The notes beneath the pieces are model-generated. The model was not told the DNA's origin. It saw only the letters and a program-made list of their open reading frames with translations, and did no database searches. This document shows, piece by piece, positions 55,750 through 64,000 of a DNA stretch of 64,000 nt. The position numbers were made by a program, and so were the translations under genes. The DNA is from an uncultured bacterium. Lineage in GTDB: Bacteria; Verrucomicrobiota; Verrucomicrobiia; Limisphaerales; UBA8199. The DNA lies in NCBI GenBank assembly GCA_963749495.1, contig CAVVMW010000022.1, positions 64,001-128,000 of the forward strand. The letters run 5' to 3'. The first letter of the stretch is position 1, and every line of letters begins with the position of its first letter.

Positions 55750-55991
55750 ACGAGGTGGGAGAGCACCTGGTGGGCTATCTGTCCGGCCGGGGCACGCGCG
55801 CGATGCTGAGCCGCCTGGGCGGCGGGCTTCCCGGCGGCGAACTGTTCCCGGTGAATGAAACGACTTTTTCTACCCCGTTCTCGCAGGTCCCTCTACGCGG
55901 GACCTTTGTGCAGAACAAGAAGGGCAAAACGACCGGGATCATCATTAACCTGGGAGCGACGAGGCTCAGAGGCGTGCGTGTGGGAAAGTAG
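55750..55991 (+). pseudogene. C-terminal beta-sheet fragment (serine-hydrolase-associated-like)
   Basis: ELFPVNETTF...TFVQNKKGKTTGIII. Confidence 0.35.
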
Positions 55992-56394
55992 GGCCGGGAG
56001 GCCTCCGGACCGTCTCCGTGGGGATACCGAGGCCCTCGTCTCCCGTCCACCGCGACCAGTAGGGCACTTCCCGCAGCCAAAAGAGCGGGTTGAGACCGAA
56101 GGTGCATGTGGATGTTTTCATAACCCATCGCACACTCTGTTCACGGTGAGAGCATTGCACGTTCAGCCTATGTTGGGAAGCCGCAAGTCGGGTAACGCCC
56201 AGCCTCTCCGGTTTCATCAGCGGCGAGGGTCCTCCAGCGGCGGCGCGCGTGCGCCCCGGCTCTCGACAGGGCGCATGACAAGATTCTTCAAACCCTGTGA
56301 TTTGCGAGGATTTCGGGAGGTTTCGTATGTGAGGCCCATATATACACCGCTTGGTCCTCTCCCTGAGGCCAGGCCTGGGTTTGGCACGCTGGCG

Positions 56395-56620
56395 TTCAGG
56401 CCGAAGGCCTGGTTCATACCAGCCCAGGGCAAGGCCCGCCGGAGCGCAGCGCAGGCGGGCCGCCGCCCTGGGTCCACCGCACATTGCATTCTGTTGCAGG
56501 CCAACGGCCTGCCTCAAAAAGCTCCCGGAGGATGAATCGCGCTTTCAGCGCTCCAGATGATTATTGGCGGCTGTTCCCAGGGCGTTGCCCTGGGCTGGTA
56601 TGAGCGACGCCTTTGGCGTC
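56395..56620. repeat. REP-like element, family E-like (AGGCCGAAGGCCT, CCAGCCCAGGGC, CCCAGGGCGTTGCCCTGGG)
   Basis: Nested hairpins; CATACCAGCCCAGGGCAA pairs with TTGCCCTGGGCTGGTATG. Confidence 0.7.
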
Positions 56621-56720
56621 CCGAGCACGCACCGCCGGTGCCATCGTGCAGCAGAAGAATTCTGTCGTGCGCTCTCCAGTCGGCGACACGCCTCTACTTG
56701 GCCAGCGAAAGGGCTGAACT

Positions 56721-57690
56721 TCATTGTGCCACGTATTCTCTGATCAGACGGATATTCTCGAGTGGCGTTTCATAGGGCATCGCGCCGGTACCCATGACGC
56801 AGTTCGGACGACCGCCCGCAATGCCCAACACGCGGTCGATGCCGCGGTAGAGGCGTTCCGGATCGGGGCAGGCCACCACGCCGGGATCGAGGTTGACGCG
56901 AATCGTGATGTGCGGATGCGTCCGGGACACGCGCTGGACGAACGCGGCCTGATTCGTTTCCACGTTGCAGACGAGGTAGTTCGTGCCCGTGGACAGGATA
57001 CCGTCGAGGATCGGGAAGGTGTTTCCGCCCATGATGCAGGGCACCGGATGGCCGACGCAGTCGGCCGCCAGGGCCAGCACACGCTTCAACGCCGGCAGTT
57101 CAACGTCCTGGAACTGGCGCGGTGAAAGAATCGGCGGCGCGGCGGCGGATTCGAAAAAAGCCGCATCCAGGCCGGCCTTCGCTATCGCGAGGCAGAGCAC
57201 GGCCTGGTTTTCCGCCAGGCGCATCAGCATCTTTGCCGTGTCTTCAGCTCTCGTGATCGCGTCTTCACAGAGCGGAGAGATGCCGCGCAGGTTGAAGGCG
57301 ATCGAGAACGGCCCTGCAACCGGTATGCGCACGTCGGCCTCCGGGAACTCGCGCTTCAATCGCCGGCCGACGGCGAGCAGCATCGCCACCCGCCCGTCGC
57401 GGGCCGGGTCGAAGGGTTTGACCGCGATGCCCTCATCCAGCGAGGTCCAGAGCGGCTGGTGGATGGCCGGGACGGCGCTGTCTTGGCAGGGTTCGACTCT
57501 GGCGCCATAGGCCTCGGCCTCGAGGTTGTAGATGTTGATGCCGACGGCGATGACCTGCTGATGGTACTCGAGGTAAGCGCGGCGGTGGCCCTCGAACATC
57601 GAGCTCCGCGTCGCGCGAGACTTCCCACGGCGTGCGCCCAACGAAACGGGCGGCGTGTTCATAAACGACCGGAGTGAAGGGGATTCTCAT
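56721..57690 (-). CDS. uroporphyrinogen decarboxylase / MtaA-like family protein, frameshifted near 57600
   Basis: PVVYEHAA..VG; IYNLEAEAYG; GPFSIA..LRG; ILSPRQF; NLDP; ETPLENI. Confidence 0.8.
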
Positions 57691-57810
57691 TGCAGAAGGC
57701 GGCAGATGTGCGCCGCCAGGGGGGCAAAGGTGTCCGTAAAACCTCCGTCCTGCGCCTGGAGTGTACGCTCCTCGTCCACCACGCTCACCGCCAGGCGGCG
57801 GCTCGGAGCC
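57687..57810 (-). pseudogene. C-terminal fragment of the former upstream gene
   Basis: VSVVDEERTL...GGFTDTFAPLAAH; ATGA overlap with the URO-D-like gene. Confidence 0.45.
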
Positions 57811-57874
57811 GCCGCCTGGCAAGGCGGCCGACGCCGAAGTCCCCAGGGAACGGCCATAAACCAGGTCAGAGCTG

Positions 57875-58936
57875 TTATATCCGCACTCTCGCGGTCCGGT
57901 AGAACTGCCGTACGCGCGCCATTTCCTCCTCGAGTTCCAACACGCCAATCGACCGCACCATTTGGCCGATCGTTGTCTGGGGATCGTTGGACCAGAAGAT
58001 GCCGCAATCCTCGTCTTCGTAATAGTGGAAGCCGACCTTGTCGCCATAGGCTTTGCGGAGGGCTTCGCCATTCCGCAGCTTCGAGTTCCACGGAAGCAGC
58101 GCGTAACTGAGGTCCAGTTCGTGGACCAGGATGCTTTGCGGCGGCTTGATCTGCGCTGCAATCTTACCCGTCGGCTCAAAGATCGAGGCGTTGTGCCGCC
58201 ACGTGCTCGAGACAATGTAACAACGGTGCTCCCTTGCCCGGAACGCGGGTTGGGACGTTTGCGGCGATTGCGTGGGCCAGGCGATCAGCTCCGCTCCGCG
58301 GCGCGCCAGTTCGGCCCAGCCGCCGCCGAAGTCCATATCATAACAGATTTGAATTCCCAGTTTGCCAAAATCGCAGTCGAAGACGGGGAGCGCGTCGCCG
58401 GGAGTGGCGCCGCTTTCCATGGTGCCGCGTTCGAGCGAAACGACCAAATGAACCTTGCGGTAGGTTCCCAGCACTTCACCTTTGCGCCCGAGCAGGATCG
58501 CCGCATTCGAGCACAACCGTTTTTCTTTCGAATCCAGCAAGTAGCTGGGAACGACCATATAGCATTTGTGCTCACGGGCCTTCCGAGTGAATGCGTCCCT
58601 GATTTCTCCTTCGAACGAGACCGCATGGGCCACAACATCGTCGCCCGCTTCGCCGGTGACCGCGGTTTCGGGCAGAATTGCGAGATCGAGACCACGGCCA
58701 TAAGCCTGTTTGGCCTGTGCGGCCATTTGGTCCATGATTCCTGTCAGTTGCTCCAGACGCTTGGGCAGCCCGGGATACTGACCCCAAAAGGACTGCATGG
58801 CGGTGCCCACGATGACCTTTCGGGGAGGAGTGCTCGAGGTGGTCCGGACTCGTTCCCCATCGTTGGCGGCCAGTGCCGGGACAGCCTCCAGAGCCGCGAG
58901 GCTGCTCAGCGTTGCCAGGAATGTTCTTCTCCGCAT
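57875..58936 (-). CDS. Tat-exported carbon-nitrogen hydrolase (nitrilase superfamily)
   Basis: MRRRTFL; catalytic E (LPET), K (YRKVH), C (ICYD); AGAGGAG RBS. Confidence 0.92.
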   Translation of the reverse strand: MRRRTFLATLSSLAALEAVPALAANDGERVRTTSSTPPRKVIVGTAMQSFWGQYPGLPKRLEQLTGIMDQMAAQAKQAYGRGLDLAILPETAVTGEAGDDVVAHAVSFEGEIRDAFTRKAREHKCYMVVPSYLLDSKEKRLCSNAAILLGRKGEVLGTYRKVHLVVSLERGTMESGATPGDALPVFDCDFGKLGIQICYDMDFGGGWAELARRGAELIAWPTQSPQTSQPAFRAREHRCYIVSSTWRHNASIFEPTGKIAAQIKPPQSILVHELDLSYALLPWNSKLRNGEALRKAYGDKVGFHYYEDEDCGIFWSNDPQTTIGQMVRSIGVLELEEEMARVRQFYRTARVRI

Positions 58937-58951
58937 AGGTGAGTTCTCCTC

Positions 58952-60423
58952 TCAGTAGAGCGGCCCGGCGTGCATAGTGACAGGCTGTGCCCACTCAGAA
59001 CACTGCTTGCCCGTGGCGTCGTTTATCGTCAGCCGTAACGTATAGGTCCCCGCCTTGGTTGCGGCGGGGTATTCGAGCAACCGCGCCGTCTGGGCCGCCA
59101 GGCGCCACCGCACGGCGTCAAATTCTTCCGACGGCCACATGCCATCAGCCAGGTACTTCGGCTGGACGTGGATGGCGTCCCATGTCTCTTGAAGGAGCCG
59201 TCGTCCCTCGCCCGCCGCCGCAACGCAGGCTGGATTTTTCGACCCTTCGCGCTCGACTATCGCCTGTTGGAGGGTATAGAGATAGCGCGCATCGTCATAC
59301 CCCTCCCGGAAGCAGGCCCAATAAACCTCAGGGATGACCTCGCCGTCGTCGTCCACACGTTGGCCGCAACCGGAGTAGCGGCCACGGAGGTAATCGAAGG
59401 GATCCGGCTCGGACGGCCAACACCAGTGCCAGGGGATCAGCGTGGCATATCCGCTGCGCCAAAAGCCGAAGCCGTAGGTCATCCGCCCGCCTTTGCACAT
59501 CGTGCGGCGGTCCTTGATCTCGCCAGCGTTATGGTTCGGGTAGCACCAGTACTCGTGCCGGTTCTGAGAGACGATGCGGTCGTAGGGCACCGAATAAGGC
59601 TGGGAGCACCAGACATCCAGAGGTAGTCCTTGTCGGCCGCCCGGCGGATGAACGCCTCGTCGCGGCCTTTATAGAGGGCCCTGTTCCGCACATAGAAATA
59701 GGCCGAGCAGTGCTTGCGCGGGTCCTTCTGGAGCCGGAAACCCAAGACACGGAAGGCCAGCGGGACCTCGACAGCCTGCCCGAAGCCATCGTCCCAGACG
59801 GGGACGGTCCCTCGGTATAACCCGGGCTTTGCGTCGTCGGGGACATGGGCCGTCAGCCAGTACCACTGGCACTCGCCCGCGGGCGAGGAGTGAACCGTTA
59901 CCCGCTCGAGAAGCTCTGGCACCCGGCGATATGTGCTGAGGGTGGTGTAGGCCGGGTATCCAACGTTCCAGTAGGCGGCCAGGCGGACATCAATGCTGCC
60001 AGCCGGGATCTCGCCTGAGGGGGATGTGAGCGACGAGACCCTGACCTTCAGGTTTTGGAGGGGGCGCACGGGATAAAGGGCAAACGTAACGGGCTCGAAC
60101 TCGCCGGGCGTGGCGAACGCGGCCAGGGAGTCGATCCGCTCGTGGGCCAGGGGGCGGGTGTTGGGATAAATGCTTTCCGTGAGGGGACGCTGGAAGAGGA
60201 GATACCCCCGCTCCTTTTCCGGCTCGGTGAGGGACGGCTCGGGAGCGGTCTCGTCGAAAGGGATCTCCTTGACGCCGTCTGGCACCGTCGGCTGCGGACG
60301 GGCGCGCCGCTCGAGGGCGCCGTCGGCCGGCTTTGGACCGAGCCGGAGCGTCGGCTGTTCCAAGGGCGCCCCCACACCGGCCACACCCGCGGCCAGGAGC
60401 AGGGTGCTGCGCAACGCTTTCAT
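58952..60423 (-). pseudogene. secreted glycoside-hydrolase-like protein, frame break near 59620, probable internal deletions
   Basis: ATPGEFEPVTFAL, WLTAHVP..AKPGLYRG; C-terminal FREGYDDARYLYTL. Confidence 0.65.
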
Positions 60424-60486
60424 GTGCAAACCAGAGTAAGACCGGATCGGTTTGAGTCAAGCCGGTTGCGCAGGTTGTTTTTGGCA

Positions 60487-60745
60487 TTAGGCCGCCTCCG
60501 GCGTTGGATGACGCCAGGGGGCTCGGTAGGGGCGCGCCAATAACTGATTAGCTTCATCGTCACCCATTACCCGGCCTTTGGCTTCGTCCCACGTCAGGGT
60601 CCGCTTCAACTGCAGCGAGAGGTTCGCGAGCACGCACATGCTCGTGGACGTGCTCCCCTCGGCGATATCCGCCCGGGGACGGCCTCGGCTGGCGGTGCAT
60701 TGCAGAAGGTCCTTCATATGTTCGCGGATGGCCCGGCCATTGGCC
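60487..60745 (-). pseudogene. Gfo/Idh/MocA C-terminal fragment
   Basis: HMKDLL...PRADIAEG..ST..C.LANLS...LTWD...DDEANQLL.RPYRAPW. Confidence 0.8.
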
Positions 60746-61313
60746 AGGAACGTGTGGTGCTCGGGCGGGCTGCCCGGCGAGCCGACCACATGGAGGCTGA
60801 ACTGAAAAAGCACCTGAACGCTTGCGCTTTCACGTCGTCCGACCAGGCGACCAGAGAGGAGATAACCGATGAGGGCGATGATCAGGAGCACGACCGGGGC
60901 GAGGCCCGACCAGGCGTCTCCGCCGTGGCGCTATGTTCCCACCTCGGGGCGGCATGTCCACTGTAGGGCTGCCCTCTCCATCCCCAATTCTGGCCTGTCA
61001 TTCTGCCCCGCCCCGAGACGCCCCCTGGCCGGTCGCGGCGGCATTGGCATCCTGGGCAACCATTGGCGGGCCGCTGGTGGGGCTATCCGGTCCTTGACTT
61101 TTATGCGCGGCCTGGCTCTTTTGGCCGGAAGCGCTCTTGTGATGAAGTGGCGACTCGCGACAGTGGAAGATGGTCCGCAACCATGACACTTCTGGCGGAG
61201 TGCCTTATTGAATCCAGCGTACGGCCTCCAACACCCGGCACGTTGATCTTCGGCGAGCCGGGTACCTGAGTGAAGTTGGTCGAAGGGGCCAGCAGTGTGC
61301 CCAGGAGGCGGGT

Positions 61314-61408
61314 GTGGCGGTGTTTGTCCTGCTGATTGCCTGCGCCAACCTGGGAAACCTGTACCTCTCGCGATGTCTGGCGCGCGAGAAGGAACTCGCC
61401 ATCCGTAG
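61314..61408 (+). pseudogene. ADOP/MacB-type ABC permease fragment (first FtsX domain)
   Basis: VAVFVLLIACANLGNLYLSR...REKELAIR. Confidence 0.75.
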
Positions 61409-61660
61409 GCCAGCACTCCATAAATGCCGAGCGCCGACAGCGACAAACCGACTCCGGCGAAAATCACCAGGTAAAGCATATAGGTGCGCTGGGCCTGGGT
61501 CCGCCCTTGAGCCGGGCGATCAACCGCTCGAAGAAATCGAGCCGCTGGGCATCCCCAGGATAATGCTCCATGGGCAGATCCACATCGACCACCAGCACTT
61601 TGCGAGGATCCGCTTTCAAGCCGGGGTGCAACAGATGGTAAATGCTCCGCAGCCTAAGGC
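61400..61660 (-). pseudogene. ADOP/MacB-type permease fragments (periplasmic piece and second FtsX piece)
   Basis: LRSIYHLL..G...KVLVVDVDLP..YP...QRLDFFERL; IFAGVGLSLSALGIYGVLAY. Confidence 0.7.
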
Positions 61661-61789
61661 CATGCGCACGCCAAACTCGTGGCGCATTTTCCTGGCCGGC
61701 ACGACCAGCATGGAGGCTAAGACAATCCGCCGGCTGCTCGAAGTGGCGCCGGAGCTGGAAACGCTCGATCATCTCCTGGACGATGTTGC

Positions 61790-62325
61790 CAGTTGGAGCC
61801 CGAGGCAGCGCGTCTTGCCGCTTTGCGCCAGTTTGGCTGGAAGGAATCGATCCAGGAAACTCGCCGCGAACAGCGCGGGATTCTGTGGCTCGAGCAGTTT
61901 CTGCAGGACGTTCGCTACGGGCTGAGAACGCTGCGCAAGGGCCCGGGCTTCACGACCGCGGCGGTGGCCACGCTGGCCCTGGGCATCGGCATCAACACGG
62001 CGATCTTCAGTATTATATCCGCGGTGCTGCTGCACCCGTTGCCTTACGCGGATTCGGATCGGCTGGTCGAAGTCAATACGAGTCACCGCAAGGACGCGCG
62101 ACTCGCCGAGTTTACAGTGTCGGTGCCTGATTACTGTGATTGGCGCGCGGCCAGCCGGAGCTTCACCCATTTGGGAATGTACTGCGAAGACGACTTTCGG
62201 CTCACTGAAAGAGAACAAATACGACCGGTGCGCGGCATGTATTTCTCCGCGGAAATGCTGCCGGCATTGGGGGTCGCTCCGCTGCTCGGCCGGGGACTGC
62301 TGGAGGAGGATGAAAGAGCGGGGAG
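61790..62325 (+). pseudogene. ADOP/MacB-type permease N-terminal fragment
   Basis: [10 protein letters not shown]...[16 protein letters not shown]...[13 protein letters not shown]...PLPY...GVAPLLGR. Confidence 0.85.
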
Positions 62326-62499
62326 CGTGGGCGAGGGCTCGCTCTACCCGGCCGCGATCAGGATCGGCAGTACCGGCCGAATCCGCGCAACCAGTTTTGC
62401 GTGGAGTGTGCGCGCGCACATCGAGCTGCGGACGCGGGCGAACCATGATCCACCAACCGAAGCAGTTGACGTCTCCACGAGGCTGTGGGAGTGGCCACA

Positions 62500-63063
62500 T
62501 ATGATAAAGTCCGCGGTCGCCCTTTCGATCCACAAGCTGCTGTACCAAACGACCTCGGAGAAGAACTCGCGTCGTGTCTTCAGGATTTCGATGGCAGGTG
62601 AGGTCAGACCTCCAAAACGGGGCTCGTCCTTGTTTCCATGGCTGCGTTCGCCGATCTCGATCAGCCGGGCCGGTTCCGGTCCGGGAACAGGATGAAAAAG
62701 GACGGTGTCGAGGACACTGAAAACGGCGGTGCTGGCGCCGATGCCAAGCGCCAGCGTGAGAGCAACGACAGCGGTGAACCCCGGGTTCTTCCGCAACAGC
62801 CGGCCCGCGTAGCGCACGTCCTGGGCGAGGTGTTCCAGCCAGACTAACCCCCGCTGCTCCCGGCACGTCTCCTTGATGGACTCTACGCGCCCGAACTGCC
62901 GCAACGCCGCGCGCCGCGCCTCCCCGGGCTCCATCCCCGCCTGGAGGTTCTCCTGTGTTTGCATCTCGACGTGCGCGCGCATCTCTTCGTCCATCTCAAC
63001 GTCGAGCTTGCGCTTGTGAAACAGAGCGCGGAACCGAAGCAGGATTGTTCGCAGCCAGTTCAT
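62500..63063 (-). pseudogene. ADOP/MacB-type permease N-terminal fragment
   Basis: MNWLRTI...EMDEEMRAH...ARRAALRQFG...QDVRYAGRLLRKNPGF...LALGIGASTAVFS. Confidence 0.85.
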
Positions 63064-63099
63064 GGGAGAGGGTGATGTTGCTCAAGTGTCCCGCAATGC

Positions 63100-63575
63100 C
63101 ACGATTGGATCAACCCGGGCCGCGCGGCGAGCCGGGAGGTAACAACCCAACAGCGCCACGACCATGAGCGCGGCCGGGACGACGATGAGAGTTGCGGATC
63201 CCTCGGGCTCACTTCGAAGAGCATATTCTCCAGGACTCGCGTGATCCCGAACGCGAGGGCCATTCCCAACAAGACGCCCAGCGCGGCGGGCCTTCCGTTC
63301 CGCCGCAGCACCAGCTTGAGAATATCGCGGTGCTCGGCGCCCAAAGCCATTCTCAAGCCCATCTCTCGATTTCTCTGGCTGACGAAATACGCCGTCACGC
63401 TATAAGTGCCCGCCGTAGCCAGCGTGGCCGCCAGCAAGGCCAGGAGCCCCAGGACGAACGTGCGAAATCGAGGCAATCGGGAGGATTCACCGAGGTATTC
63501 TTCCAGAGTGCGAACCGGACCGATAGACTGATCCACATCCAGGGCCTGCACCTCCCGGGCTACAGCCTTTTCCAA
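63100..63575 (-). pseudogene. ADOP/MacB-type permease C-terminal fragment, frameshifted
   Basis: PRFRTFVLGL...GTYSVTAYFVSQRNREMGLRMALGA...LFEVSPRDP. Confidence 0.85.
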
Positions 63576-63579
63576 GCCA

Positions 63580-64000
63580 GGCAGATTTGAGGCGCGGCTT
63601 CCTTGACGACCGTGGTGGCCGTGCTGCTGGTGGTGGTCTCCTTGGCGCTGCCCTCCTGCTTTCCCTGGATCTCGGCAGCTTCGGTTGTGGTGTTCTTCTT
63701 GGGCATTTCGGTCCTTTCTTGGGTTTGCGCTCCTGATTGTTCTTGGGGCGCGGGTTGATTCGACGGCGGCGTTGTGGTTTCTGCGGTTGGCTGTGCGGGC
63801 TCGGCGACGGTGACTTTGTCTCCATCCAGATTGAGCGGCATGATGACCATCTTCTTGCCGCCTTTGGACAGGACCATCGGGGCGTCTTGGTCAATGGTCG
63901 CAATCCGTTGAGCCTGGCCCCGCTTTTCATACAGTCGGCTGATATGGGCCACCACCCCGTCAGGCGCCACCGATACTGGCACTGGCACTGACCACGGCAC
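63580..64000 (-). pseudogene. fragment with a beta-clamp-like C-terminal strand pattern and a Thr/Glu-rich linker
   Basis: IDQDAPMVLSKGGKKMVIMPL followed by low-complexity sequence; runs off the window. Confidence 0.35.

Overview
High-GC bacterial chromosomal window. Gene style suggests Verrucomicrobiota (Pedosphaera/Limisphaera-like); this is inference. Many conserved genes carry single frameshifts, probably uncorrected long-read indels. The first ~47 kb is mostly core or metabolic: IS4 transposase, Uma2 nuclease, PLP Cys/Met enzyme, GH2-malectin, metF, recA, lolD/lolC-E-like, gltBD, a VapBC pair, rimO, a GT2-nucleotidyltransferase/kinase-phosphotransferase trio, MFS, an RpoD-like sigma convergent with an Rrf2-sigma operon, infA and a sulfatase. 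The last ~17 kb is a mosaic of gene fragments, internally deleted genes and scrambled ABC-permease pieces around a few intact genes. The striking feature is a dense repeat ecosystem: several REP-like palindrome families, TA-flanked MITEs carrying REPs as cargo, and heptamer arrays that supply stop codons or sit in-frame inside enzymes (RimO, a methyltransferase). The best candidate for an undescribed system is a 12-bp-unit palindromic element. It occurs three times empty and once filled with a ~1.2 kb cassette encoding a tandem four-helix-bundle (IVP/Avd-like) protein. No rRNA, tRNA or CRISPR array was recognised.
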